Shown piece by piece: positions 26,649 to 37,391 of a DNA stretch of 64,000 nt; position 1 is the first letter of the stretch; each line of letters opens with the position of its first letter. A program made the position numbers and the translations under genes. The stretch is from the IMG/VR virus record IMGVR_UViG_3300032245_001860, positions 124,001 to 188,000 of that record; one strand, written 5' to 3'. Under the pieces are notes generated by a model. That model searched no databases, was not told the DNA's origin, and was given only the letters and a program-made list of their open reading frames with translations.

Positions 26649-29548
26649 TACAATTCGCCTGTAGGTCTTGGATATGGATCATAAGATAAACTGTCTACAA
26701 CCACAGACCAAGATATTGATTTGCTTTGAACACTTTCCACTGTAGAATTAGTACTGTCAGGTGTCCATGTAATTTGAGGCAATTCTAATGTAAATGGTCC
26801 AAAGTTGAACAATATACCACTCTTATTTATGTTACTTGGTCCTGATAATCTTTCAGCTAATAACCAAGGTTTCATAGGGCTGTTATACTTGATAGTTCCA
26901 CTTATATTTCTGCCATTAGAATAGTAAGCATATGGCTGTAAGTTTTTATTGAAATTTTCAGTATTGTCACTTGATTTTGAGTTTAGTGAATAAACTGGCT
27001 CTAAATTATTCTTGATGTCAATTGTCATTTCAGTAATTTCAAAATCTCTCAAGTCATATTCTTGGTACCCATGGAACAATTTGGATGTTTTAGCATCTCC
27101 CATATTGAATGTAAAATTAGAAGTAGATGATTGAGAATTAGATACAGTTACTAAAGAAGAGTTCAATAAATAATTGGGTTTTCTATTATTGATGTTTGAC
27201 ATAATAGTATCAAAATTATTGAAGAAATTCTTCTGATATTTTCTATCTAAATCAGTAAATTTTACATTTATATTAGCTACTATATTTTCTCCTGGCACAA
27301 TTCTCAAAGTAATAGAATCAACTAAACATCCACTGAATAATCCTTCTTTAGCAGAGAATAGCGAAAATGAAGGCTCTCTGTTTGTTGCAGGATTTGTTGC
27401 GCTTGCCCAAATGTAAGATTTATATGGTGTGTGAGAATATGATGTTGAAGGTGAAAATACAATAGTTTTGGTTTCTTTATCTATATTTAGCACAGTGATA
27501 GTTTCAGTAGTTTCAGTATTGTCATCTGACCTAATAAATGCTTCATATCCAGTTCCCAAACTAATAAAATCAGAAACATTATCAATAGTAAATCTATCTG
27601 TAGCACCTATTGCGGAATTCATGTCTGATGCTAAGATTCTACCAACAAAATTATTCGTTGATCCTTTGTAACCTTGTATACAATAGTCATATAAAGCTGC
27701 AAATGAAGGATCAACATCTCCCCATGATTCAATTTTAACAGGCATCGTAAAATCAAAAGAAAATTCTCTTTTATCAATCTTAAATGTTGTTGGGCTTGCG
27801 CCTTCTCCAGCTAATCTTTTTTCAAAATTTGAATTTTGCTTATAAGACAAATTCATGTTGTTTATTGAGAACATGTAATCTGTATTCAAGCTTGCAAATG
27901 ACATATCGTAATAAGGATCATTATTTACATCTTTTGAAATTGCTACACAATCATAATAACCCATTTCATATGTTGGATAATGTAGTTCATTCAAGAAAGA
28001 TAAAGTTTTAATTTCTCTCAAAAGTTCATGAAGACCATCTTGCTCAGTTGAAATTATTGAATATGGATAAATAAAAGAATCATAGAGCAGTTTGTGTAAA
28101 CCTAAAATATCAGAAGTTGTTCCTGAAAATGGTCTTATGTACGCTTGAGTCCTTAATGTGTGTAGTCCAGTTATTTCTACTGTCTTAATTGGATAAGGAA
28201 TTATAAATGCTTGGCTATATAATGTGTGTAATCCTGTTTGTTCATCATTATTTGCACCATGAGGGCGAATAAAGGCTTGTGCGTATAATCTGTGGAAACC
28301 TGTTTTTTCAGTTGAAATTTGAGGATTAGGATAAATATATGCTTGTGTATATAAAGTATGTAATCCTAACTTTTCAATTGATTGTATTGGTCTTGGAGTG
28401 ATATTTGCATTAGTTCTTATTGATGGTATCGGGTAACCAGAATCATCAGGCAAAATTACAGGAGCATAATTAAGTGTATTTTCAGTAGTTCTTACAGAAA
28501 ATGGAGTTATGAATGCCTGAGTGCTTAATCTATGCAATCCTGATCTTTCTACAGAAATTATAGATCTGTCTCTAAGATTTACTAAAGCAGTAAGTCGATT
28601 ATTTCCAATAACTTCAAGTGAACTTATTGGGTAATTTCTTATATTTACATTTCCTGGATTTAGTCTATGTCTTCCAATAATTTCTTGAGTTGTTTGTCCA
28701 AAAGGTCTAATATTGCTAATAGTTGCAATTTTAGTTCCTGGAGCTGGTATTTGCAAATTAACAGTTTCTAACGACTTTACAGCATATGGACCTATTGTAA
28801 CTGGTCTTACTGTTAATCTGTGAATAAAATTGCTCATCAAAACACCAGCTATTGGATATGGTGCAATACTTGGTAGAGTATATGTGAATGTTATAAGTAC
28901 ACTGTCTAATCCCCAACCTGGAATATTTTTAGCAACACTTGCTAAACTAAACCCTGCAGCAAAAGAAAACCCAGGCGTTGTATTTGTAGTTTGCCAAGTT
29001 AATGGGTTTAACAAAATAGCTCTTTGTACTGCAGTTAAACCTTGAGAAAGATCATAGTTGTATGTTGTATATGTCTGAGGCCACAAACCAGCTTGCTCTA
29101 TTCTTGGAAGAGCTGTTTGCCTTATTAAAGGCAGTGATACTTGAACTCTTGCATCAAAAACTTGAGCAAAAGTTCCTGAACCATCATTACTGGCAACTTT
29201 TCTTACAGAAACAGTAACATTACTAATTGTCCAAGATGTATTTGGCTTTACTGCAATATTAGAAAGAAAAAGAGTATCAGTCCACTGATTGTTTAAAACC
29301 CAATTGCTGACATTTGCATTAAAAGCTCCACTGTCTTGATCAAATGTCATAAAGCTTGTGTCATTAGCTTGTATAGTTGTTACATCAGGAATATTAGGCG
29401 ATGGATTTGCTCCTATTGGTCTTGAACCATTTGGACAACCTACCCAGCTCCATAGAGCATTTGGTGATACATTATTAATACCTGCAGGATATGTAAATGT
29501 TTGATTGGAACTTGCTGCATTTAAAAAATACGTTGTATGCGTTGGCAT
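26648..29548 (-). CDS. Virion protein: N-terminal beta domain, 22-aa repeats, C-terminal tail-tube-like domain
   Basis: C-terminus FSGCLVDSITLRIVPGENIVANINVK and FEITEMTIDIKNNLEPVYSL...GRNISGTI; SD GAGG. Confidence 0.6.
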   Translation of the reverse strand: MPTHTTYFLNAASSNQTFTYPAGINNVSPNALWSWVGCPNGSRPIGANPSPNIPDVTTIQANDTSFMTFDQDSGAFNANVSNWVLNNQWTDTLFLSNIAVKPNTSWTISNVTVSVRKVASNDGSGTFAQVFDARVQVSLPLIRQTALPRIEQAGLWPQTYTTYNYDLSQGLTAVQRAILLNPLTWQTTNTTPGFSFAAGFSLASVAKNIPGWGLDSVLITFTYTLPSIAPYPIAGVLMSNFIHRLTVRPVTIGPYAVKSLETVNLQIPAPGTKIATISNIRPFGQTTQEIIGRHRLNPGNVNIRNYPISSLEVIGNNRLTALVNLRDRSIISVERSGLHRLSTQAFITPFSVRTTENTLNYAPVILPDDSGYPIPSIRTNANITPRPIQSIEKLGLHTLYTQAYIYPNPQISTEKTGFHRLYAQAFIRPHGANNDEQTGLHTLYSQAFIIPYPIKTVEITGLHTLRTQAYIRPFSGTTSDILGLHKLLYDSFIYPYSIISTEQDGLHELLREIKTLSFLNELHYPTYEMGYYDCVAISKDVNNDPYYDMSFASLNTDYMFSINNMNLSYKQNSNFEKRLAGEGASPTTFKIDKREFSFDFTMPVKIESWGDVDPSFAALYDYCIQGYKGSTNNFVGRILASDMNSAIGATDRFTIDNVSDFISLGTGYEAFIRSDDNTETTETITVLNIDKETKTIVFSPSTSYSHTPYKSYIWASATNPATNREPSFSLFSAKEGLFSGCLVDSITLRIVPGENIVANINVKFTDLDRKYQKNFFNNFDTIMSNINNRKPNYLLNSSLVTVSNSQSSTSNFTFNMGDAKTSKLFHGYQEYDLRDFEITEMTIDIKNNLEPVYSLNSKSSDNTENFNKNLQPYAYYSNGRNISGTIKYNSPMKPWLLAERLSGPSNINKSGILFNFGPFTLELPQITWTPDSTNSTVESVQSKSISWSVVVDSLSYDPYPRPTGEL
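28020..28700 (-). repeat. About 7-9 protein repeats of ~22 aa, consensus S-x-E-x-x-GLH-x-L-x-x-QA-[FY]-I-x-P
   Basis: SVERSGLHRLSTQAFITP, SIEKLGLHTLYTQAYIYP, STEKTGFHRLYAQAFIRP, NDEQTGLHTLYSQAFIIP, TVEITGLHTLRTQAYIRP, TSDILGLHKLLYDSFIYP, STEQDGLHELL. Confidence 0.85.
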
Positions 29549-29563
29549 ATTTTATACCTCTGC

Positions 29564-32026
29564 TTACGGAACAGTTTCAACTGTTATTAAATCATAAATG
29601 TCCCATAGAATTGGTCCATTTCCTACTCTTGTTACATTGGCTCCTGGGCTTACTACTACATTTGTCACTCTGTCATATAAATCAGATTCAGTTCCGATTA
29701 AAAATCTTGTATCTCTTGCAGTTCCTTTTGGCACAGTTGTAGTCATAGTAACTTCTGTACCACCTATTCCATATTTAGCAGTCACAGAGACAAACAACTC
29801 ATTTTTAATTGTTTTATCTGTTGTACTTGCTATTGCCACGGAAGATCCATTAAATATCAACCCTGTGTCATCAACAATATCATCTACTGGAGGAACATAT
29901 ACAGATAATCTTCTTGCAGTGTTTGCTATCCTGTTAGTAAATTTTATTCCTCTTCTAAAAGATTCTCCAACAGTATTTCCATTATCAAGGTATCCTCTAA
30001 CTTGGAAATAAGCACTTCCGCCAGTGCTTGACCAAGTGCTTGAACCAGTGAAATCTGAATTCAAAGTCTTTATCTGACCAGAACCTGAACTCAAGATTCT
30101 GGCCCTTAAAGAAGTGGTACCAAGCCCAGTAGTAAAATCAGTAGGTTTATTTATTACTAACCAATAATTAGTGTTAGCATCTAAATTAACACCAGGTGTG
30201 AATTTTACAGTGTAACTTGCACTACCTTCTGTAATATCAGTATATAGAAGGATAGGTTGATCTGAAAGTGGAGCACTATAATTAGGAGATCCACCAGAAT
30301 TTCCATAAATAGTAAAATTCAATCCTGTAGACCCAGTTGATGCAACTTGATTAGGTGCATTGAATCCTAATTTCAATGTTACTCCACCAATAAAACAGTC
30401 TTCGTTAGTGGTTATTTTAAAAGCTGTATTTTTATTATCTAAATTTAAAAAACTATTATCAGTTACCGGAACTATTGTAGAATATGGTGGATTTTGAATA
30501 TCATCAACTAATGTTATTCTTTTTTCTGTAGATTCAGTGGATAAGCTTGGTCTTTTGTAAATATGATAAAATAATGCATTGGTTGTACCTAAACCTTGCC
30601 ATTTTAATTCAACCATATAATTTGAATTAGTTACATTTGTAGAAACTTTACTAACATATGTAGGAACTGTTTCAACATAGGATGTTCCTGCAATAGAAGA
30701 TACTGCACTTACTCCATAAATTTGGGTTCCTGGAGAAAGAGAAGATAGACTTGCAGATGAAGTTATGATGGTACCTGTAAGTTCAGAAGTTCCTATTCCA
30801 GAAGTGCCTAATACTGCTGAATTGTACGATACCAAGTCGCCTCTAAAAACAGCAAATGTATGTTGTAAATCTTGAGCTGTTCTATTGAAATAAGCTTTTG
30901 TAAAGTTTAAAGGAAATTCGAATCTCTCTAAGCCACTAAATGACACTCCCTTTGAATAGTACTGAGTTGGTCTAAAAGGTTGTAATGACCAAAACTGATT
31001 TGCATTTAGATTAGTGCCTTGAATTAATTCATTAGAATAAGATCTTATAGCATCAACAAAATTATTTATAACAATATCGTTTCTGTAAGAATTTAAGTTA
31101 GATATCGCAGCATTACAAGAGTTTACTACATCTTGAACATCATCTGTATTTCCAAGTATCAAATTACTTGAGGTTGACGTTGGGATATCATTTGCAGTTC
31201 TAACGAAGGTATCCTGTAAATTTCCAGCCACTCTTGGATTTTCTGGATTCTTGACTAATATTTTTCCAACTGGTATCCAAGATGAAGGCAATGGTGGGAA
31301 ATAATTAAAAACATAAGGATCTTCGTTTGCAGTTTCTACAGGAAAACCAGTCAAATACTTAAGTTTTGGTTGAAAAACAAACTTTACTGGAGTATCAACA
31401 GGAACTGTGGATGGGAGAATACCATAACTTGATCCATTATAGAAAGTAGAATCTAAGATTAAACCATTACCACTAACACCACTAAACTTCAGATATAAAG
31501 ATCCAACATGTGCTTCTAATGGAAAACCTAAGCTTAAGGCTGTATCAACACTTGTTACATAAAGTATATTTAATCCAGATGTAGATGCAGTACTTACAGT
31601 TGTATTGAAAGTTTGAATGGCTTTTTGAGCTTCTGATATAGGTATACCTACTGTGATTCCATATTTATGCGCAGTTGATCCTGATCCTACCAAGTTATAA
31701 TCTTTGACAAATTCTTTTTTTATCGGAATCTTTTGTTGAACAAGTTGAATGAGAGATCCATTATAAGATATTGTTCCAGATCCATAAACAACATTATATT
31801 GATCAGATGAAAAGCTATAGCTTGGTATAAAACCTAAAGGATTTGTTTCAACAATTCCAAAATATGGATATCCAGTTTGTGCAGTTGTGAGCAGATTATT
31901 TATTTCAAAAATAGCTGAAGATGGAGTATCAACATCTCCTACACCAAGTGTCATAGCATCAGAAATATTGCCAGCATTTTTAGCTATTTCTAAAATTATT
32001 TCTTCTATTTTTGATGATATTGCCAT
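29564..32026 (-). CDS. Virion structural protein (tail/baseplate region)
   Basis: 820 aa, S/T/G/N-rich; jelly-roll-like module ending NTNYWLVI. Confidence 0.55.
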   Translation of the reverse strand: MAISSKIEEIILEIAKNAGNISDAMTLGVGDVDTPSSAIFEINNLLTTAQTGYPYFGIVETNPLGFIPSYSFSSDQYNVVYGSGTISYNGSLIQLVQQKIPIKKEFVKDYNLVGSGSTAHKYGITVGIPISEAQKAIQTFNTTVSTASTSGLNILYVTSVDTALSLGFPLEAHVGSLYLKFSGVSGNGLILDSTFYNGSSYGILPSTVPVDTPVKFVFQPKLKYLTGFPVETANEDPYVFNYFPPLPSSWIPVGKILVKNPENPRVAGNLQDTFVRTANDIPTSTSSNLILGNTDDVQDVVNSCNAAISNLNSYRNDIVINNFVDAIRSYSNELIQGTNLNANQFWSLQPFRPTQYYSKGVSFSGLERFEFPLNFTKAYFNRTAQDLQHTFAVFRGDLVSYNSAVLGTSGIGTSELTGTIITSSASLSSLSPGTQIYGVSAVSSIAGTSYVETVPTYVSKVSTNVTNSNYMVELKWQGLGTTNALFYHIYKRPSLSTESTEKRITLVDDIQNPPYSTIVPVTDNSFLNLDNKNTAFKITTNEDCFIGGVTLKLGFNAPNQVASTGSTGLNFTIYGNSGGSPNYSAPLSDQPILLYTDITEGSASYTVKFTPGVNLDANTNYWLVINKPTDFTTGLGTTSLRARILSSGSGQIKTLNSDFTGSSTWSSTGGSAYFQVRGYLDNGNTVGESFRRGIKFTNRIANTARRLSVYVPPVDDIVDDTGLIFNGSSVAIASTTDKTIKNELFVSVTAKYGIGGTEVTMTTTVPKGTARDTRFLIGTESDLYDRVTNVVVSPGANVTRVGNGPILWDIYDLITVETVP

Positions 32027-32028
32027 TT

Positions 32029-32943
32029 TTAATTTACCAGTCTATGTCTGCCTAATGTTTGCTGTGATACAACGCTCTTTAGTTGAAATTGATGTATGAC
32101 ATTGATACCAATTTCATTACTTATAAAGTCTCTTAGCTCTTTTGGCAGTTGAGGATTAGCTGTTTCCCAATAGGTTTGGAAATTTGGACTCCAACCATCT
32201 AAATCAATCCATTTTTGAACTAACTTTGTTATATTTTCAAGCAAATCAGAATCAAAATTAATTATATCTTGATTAGCTTGAAGTACCCTTGGAGCAATTT
32301 TAGTATATAAAGTTTCCTCAGGTAATCCAAAATAGCCTCTTGGTTTTCTCTCATCTCGCACAAAAATAAAAACTCTATCTTTTTTATACTCGTTAGAATA
32401 CTTTTCAACATCTAAGATAAACTTAAAAAGCATTACACTTGTCGTTGAATTGTTTGTAGGATATGGAAAATAAATGTCAGTGCTATACTTGAGAATGTCT
32501 TCTATCTCTGAAAAAGAAATATCTTTGGAAAAAATACAAGTATCTCCATTAGGTTGATTTATAGATTTACATAAAGAAAAAACAACTTCTTCGTCCGATG
32601 TAATCCAAGCTGTGCCCAAAACATAACAATTAGAAATTTCTGTAAGATTATCTAAAATATCAGAAGCAGAAAAACCAAATTGATTTCTTGAAGTGTCTGG
32701 CAACTCAACTCTTACATCTGAATTGTATATAATTCCCTTTCCTAATACAAAAATGTTTTTCATCATTTCTGTATTAGATGGGTCAACATACGACAACCCA
32801 TAATTAAGTTTCAATGAATCATTATTGTTTATTGCCAAACTATATTCAATTGTTGACTGAGATATATCATTTACAGAAATTGCTATATTGTAGGATTTTA
32901 CAAGATTGTTCAAGATCAATGCTGAAGCATAATTAGGTGTCAT
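32029..32943 (-). CDS. Hypothetical protein (tail operon)
   Basis: 304-aa ORF coupled to its neighbours. Confidence 0.6.
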   Translation of the reverse strand: MTPNYASALILNNLVKSYNIAISVNDISQSTIEYSLAINNNDSLKLNYGLSYVDPSNTEMMKNIFVLGKGIIYNSDVRVELPDTSRNQFGFSASDILDNLTEISNCYVLGTAWITSDEEVVFSLCKSINQPNGDTCIFSKDISFSEIEDILKYSTDIYFPYPTNNSTTSVMLFKFILDVEKYSNEYKKDRVFIFVRDERKPRGYFGLPEETLYTKIAPRVLQANQDIINFDSDLLENITKLVQKWIDLDGWSPNFQTYWETANPQLPKELRDFISNEIGINVIHQFQLKSVVSQQTLGRHRLVN

Positions 32944-35900
32944 TATTTGCTCCTCAAAACAATTCTGTCACCAGGAGATGATCCAAAATTTGCATCGTTT
33001 ATTTCACTTAATGTTTTTCCTACGTAAACTAATGATAATCTTTCAATATTAGTGTCAATTAATATAGGTTCATTGGATGGAACTTGATAGAAGCTTTCAT
33101 CAATATTTTGCCAAGTAGTAGTTCCTCTAATTTTCCAAAGACCTATCAATGTTTGCCCAGTGCCAGCTAAATTTTTGAAGTTATTAAATTGCACTTCAAG
33201 AGACACTCTTTCACCAGGAGAAGAAAGATTGTGATAAAAAGTTACACCAGTTGCAGAACTTGATTTCCAATTATCAATGGTTGGAGTTGAAGCATTATTT
33301 ACAAAAACCCTAACTCCATAAGAAGAAATAAATTTGAAATCAATGGATGTTCCTATACTGGATTTAGCAAAGAAATCTCCCATAGCATATCCATTGAGAT
33401 AGCTATATTGAGAATCTATATTGTAGTTATTGAAATCTAAATTATAAGTGGCTGTAATAGAATCTGAACTTATATTTTTATCTAAAAAATTATAGTTGTA
33501 TTTTGCTCTTTTGTACCAATTCGTAATCCAAGTTGGAGATTCCTCAAGTAAAAAAGTTGTTGTAGCCAATCCGCCATTTTTATAATAATTTATATTGACA
33601 TAAATATCATTTGCTCTTCCAATATAAGAAGAATAGTTAGTGCCAAAACCTACAATAGAATTATTGAAAGAACCCAAAAGATTTGATGAAAGATGAACAT
33701 TATATTTATCATCAGATGTACTGTAAACAATATTTGTTATACTTGTTCCAGCAGAAATATTTGAATCAGCAGAAACACCTAATCCTATTAACAATTTATT
33801 GCTATAGTTTGTTGCTCCTATAGAAATGATATTTGAACTTCCAACTCCAGTAGATATAATATTTTCTTTTTTAAAAAATAAAGATCTTGGATATATATAC
33901 AAATCATCATTTACAGTATTGCAATTAAAATTCCAATAACCATCAACTTTGTAATTTGATTGTTCTCTATATTTATTTGGTGGAGGTAAAGTCAAATTGC
34001 TTGAACTAAAATCTCTGTTAAAAGATCCATACAATTCAATATCTGGCTGAAAGAATTCAACAAATGCTGTTCCTTCATAAGATGTCCAACCAGTAGAAGT
34101 CTTGATTGCTAAATTTGTTGAAGCACCGATAGCAGAATATTCTTTGATTCCAAGTTCGTATTTATATCTTACAGAGTAATTTTGCTTATTAGCTGTAACT
34201 CCAGACCCCGAAACAACCATTGTTGTTGAAGATCCAATTGCAACTATTGGATACCAAGTATTTATGTTAGATCCATTTGTAGAGCCAATGCCAAATTCTG
34301 CATTTATTTTATATCTTGAAAAATCTGCATATGTATTTGTATTTTTATCATAAATGCCTGATACATTATTGCTTGAAATATTTGCAAGCCCATTTGTATG
34401 CGGGTCATATTCTGGCGGCAATGTATCGGTGTAAAGAACTAACCAATAGTTTTTATTTTTGAAAAACTTATAATATAAATCAAAATAGTAGTCATCTGTT
34501 AAGTTTGTAATGTTTTTAGTGAAGACTGAAGATCCAGTGCATAAAACTTCATCTGGTAAATTATTTTTATCAGAATAAAGATATGCTTTTATTTTTGCAT
34601 TTTGATTAATATAATCGGATGTATTTCTAAGCTTAACTCTGAATGATTTTATTTCTTGATTTTGTTCACAATGAATTCTAACAGCAATATAATTATCTGA
34701 TATCAATTGTAAACTATTGAATGAACTTTGATTTATTGAACTTCCTGTACTTGCAAATATTCCTTGATCTCTAATATTTTCAATATAATTTACAGAATTA
34801 TCGGTTAAGTAAAAACCAGACTTACCAATTATAAATGAATCAGATCTTGTGCTACGTATATCTGTAACAGGATTTATTTTATCTAATAAATTGTTGCCAT
34901 ATAAATGTTCTGTATTATTTATCCAATAATAATTTTGATTTAGAGAATAATTTGCAACTGAAAAACCTAATTCTGCAATAGTTTCAAATAAATTATTAGG
35001 TTTTGATGTGTCTACAGCATAAAAAGAATCTGTTATAGCAAATCCTGATTTGGCACTTATAATTTCATCTTTAGTGATAGATGGATTTTGTGACAACAAA
35101 TTGCTTTCAAATTCATCTTCAGTTATTCTTAGAGAATTCATAGGCATATTTTGTTTAAAATCTATATCAGAGAATCTTTCAGGCTTCAAATCAGGGATAA
35201 CTGCTGAATACCCATATATTGCAAAATCAGATATATCATTCAATGTTGAGCTTTTATAATAGCCGACTGTAGATAAATTGTTGTCAACTCTATATTGATA
35301 ATCTGAATCTGTTAAAAAATATGATGAAGCATTTAGGAACAAATCCTTGAAAAAGTATTCATTTTTAGAATTCTTAAACTTAATTCTAAAAGTATAATCT
35401 TTGTCCAGACCATTCAATGATTCTGTTAGTGTATCTAAATCAGTTGAGTTTACTTTTTCCAAATAAACTTCAAAGTTAGAATCAGAAGACAATAATGTTT
35501 TATTATTATATAAACTTGTTCCATTAAAGCCAGCAATTACAGTAGATGGTATGTCCCCTGCAAATGAATTTATGACTTCAGATGCATCATTATTGAACTG
35601 TATGGCAAATGGTTCGGAGTCAGATATCAATAAGTTATCTTTTGGACTTTTTAAAAGATTATGCAAAGATATTTTTTCTAATGATCCAAAGCTGTTAAAA
35701 TGTCCTTCGTTTTTGATTTTAGAAATATCATATCTTGAAAATCTTGAAATAATTCTTCTTGCAAGATTGTTAAATAGTCTATTGTATTCATTTTGTCTTA
35801 ATTTAGTGGATAGCCTAATAAATGTATCAATAAAATATTTTGTAATATTTTCATCAGATTGTGGAGATATTAAAGAATTATCTGAAAGAAGTTCGATATA

Positions 35901-37391
35901 AATTATTGATCTGTCATCTTCCAATCCATCATATAAAATGTAGTCTTTTGAAAAACTATTTCCATTTCCAGGATATTGTGCTATGACGTTTGCTATCAAG
36001 TTATATCCTTCTGGAACTTCAGGATAATATGTGAAATTTTCCCAAGAATCTGGTACTTCATTGTAAGGAAATGGTTCACCAACAATAACTTCAAAATCTA
36101 TATTTGGTTCATCAAAGTAAACACCTGAATTTTTAGAAATAATTCTGATTCCAATGTAGTCTTCAAATGATAATAATTTTGTACCTAATATAGTACCTGT
36201 TGATCCTGTTGATCCTACTATATTGTCATTTACTTTATATCTAAAAGGATTTTTGACTTCATTGTAAATACTTTCTCTGTAAATATGATTTGTATGATTG
36301 GTGTTATATAGATAGACATTTGTATCATTAACACCAGTTTTGGAAAATCCTATACCGCTTGTAATATTTTTGTTGAAAAATGATTTAGTAGCAAAAATAT
36401 ACCAATTGGTGTTTAAACTATTTGGATAAAAGCTTAAACTTGTTCCGGGTATGTAAACAGGGTAAGAGTTTAAATAAAAAGTATCCCTTGTGCCCCAATA
36501 AATTACAAAATGAAAAAACAAGTTTGGATCCCATGTAATTCCTGACGGTAAAATAATTTTTATTAGGTAGTGATCTCTTGTTCTGGATATATTTCCATTG
36601 ATATCAGATTCTGAAATTTCAAAAGCCAGCTTTACAAGTGTGTCTGATACCCCTACTACACCCATAGAAGAATTAATTGTGCTATCAGATAAACTGCTTG
36701 TAATCAATCTACGGTGAGAATATATTGCTAAATCAATAGGTGTATTAGTGTATGGATTTATATTTTCTGAGCCATCAAGGTATTTTTTAGGTATTACTAT
36801 TCTGCATTCTGTTGGATAAGAGCCAGAGACATTTAACACAGATATCCATCTTGCAAAATTAAACAAAGGTACTCTTGAATATGTAGTTCCTGTATATCTT
36901 ATTGGAAAAGAATAATTAATTCTTGAAACTCCGGTGCCAGGCTCACCAAGAGTGTTGTAAATTATGTAATTAGTATTTGCAAGTCCTGATGAATTATATT
37001 TTGGTATATAATTTGAAAATGCATTGTAATCATAAATATTCCATCCTTCTAATGATGGAGGAGAAACAATATCAGGATTCCATATCGAAGACACACCAAA
37101 ACCTGATAGTCTTTTATTAACTGCTACAGATCCACCTTGCATTACAAAATCAGAAATGTCAAGTGTATTGAAAGTATTAAAATCTGAGTTAGTGTTACCA
37201 AAAGCAGATTTCTTATTTAAGTCATAATCGTGAAAAATACTTGAACCACGAACTTTAATAAAATTATTTTCAAAAACTAATCTTATTGTTTTTCCAGAAA
37301 AGGTATTACCCATCAAATTTCTTAATGCTTTTTTAGCATTTCCAATTTGATTTGCAGCAAATATTATTCCTTTTCGTTTTGCAGTGCTCAT
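32943..37391 (-). CDS. Large virion protein with a C-terminal PA14-like domain
   Basis: 1482 aa; FISSYGVRVFVNN...IDNW...SLEVQFNN...LIGLWK resembles PA14; internal AYLYSDKNNLP...KNYWLVL module. Confidence 0.55.
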   Translation of the reverse strand: MSTAKRKGIIFAANQIGNAKKALRNLMGNTFSGKTIRLVFENNFIKVRGSSIFHDYDLNKKSAFGNTNSDFNTFNTLDISDFVMQGGSVAVNKRLSGFGVSSIWNPDIVSPPSLEGWNIYDYNAFSNYIPKYNSSGLANTNYIIYNTLGEPGTGVSRINYSFPIRYTGTTYSRVPLFNFARWISVLNVSGSYPTECRIVIPKKYLDGSENINPYTNTPIDLAIYSHRRLITSSLSDSTINSSMGVVGVSDTLVKLAFEISESDINGNISRTRDHYLIKIILPSGITWDPNLFFHFVIYWGTRDTFYLNSYPVYIPGTSLSFYPNSLNTNWYIFATKSFFNKNITSGIGFSKTGVNDTNVYLYNTNHTNHIYRESIYNEVKNPFRYKVNDNIVGSTGSTGTILGTKLLSFEDYIGIRIISKNSGVYFDEPNIDFEVIVGEPFPYNEVPDSWENFTYYPEVPEGYNLIANVIAQYPGNGNSFSKDYILYDGLEDDRSIIYIELLSDNSLISPQSDENITKYFIDTFIRLSTKLRQNEYNRLFNNLARRIISRFSRYDISKIKNEGHFNSFGSLEKISLHNLLKSPKDNLLISDSEPFAIQFNNDASEVINSFAGDIPSTVIAGFNGTSLYNNKTLLSSDSNFEVYLEKVNSTDLDTLTESLNGLDKDYTFRIKFKNSKNEYFFKDLFLNASSYFLTDSDYQYRVDNNLSTVGYYKSSTLNDISDFAIYGYSAVIPDLKPERFSDIDFKQNMPMNSLRITEDEFESNLLSQNPSITKDEIISAKSGFAITDSFYAVDTSKPNNLFETIAELGFSVANYSLNQNYYWINNTEHLYGNNLLDKINPVTDIRSTRSDSFIIGKSGFYLTDNSVNYIENIRDQGIFASTGSSINQSSFNSLQLISDNYIAVRIHCEQNQEIKSFRVKLRNTSDYINQNAKIKAYLYSDKNNLPDEVLCTGSSVFTKNITNLTDDYYFDLYYKFFKNKNYWLVLYTDTLPPEYDPHTNGLANISSNNVSGIYDKNTNTYADFSRYKINAEFGIGSTNGSNINTWYPIVAIGSSTTMVVSGSGVTANKQNYSVRYKYELGIKEYSAIGASTNLAIKTSTGWTSYEGTAFVEFFQPDIELYGSFNRDFSSSNLTLPPPNKYREQSNYKVDGYWNFNCNTVNDDLYIYPRSLFFKKENIISTGVGSSNIISIGATNYSNKLLIGLGVSADSNISAGTSITNIVYSTSDDKYNVHLSSNLLGSFNNSIVGFGTNYSSYIGRANDIYVNINYYKNGGLATTTFLLEESPTWITNWYKRAKYNYNFLDKNISSDSITATYNLDFNNYNIDSQYSYLNGYAMGDFFAKSSIGTSIDFKFISSYGVRVFVNNASTPTIDNWKSSSATGVTFYHNLSSPGERVSLEVQFNNFKNLAGTGQTLIGLWKIRGTTTWQNIDESFYQVPSNEPILIDTNIERLSLVYVGKTLSEINDANFGSSPGDRIVLRSK

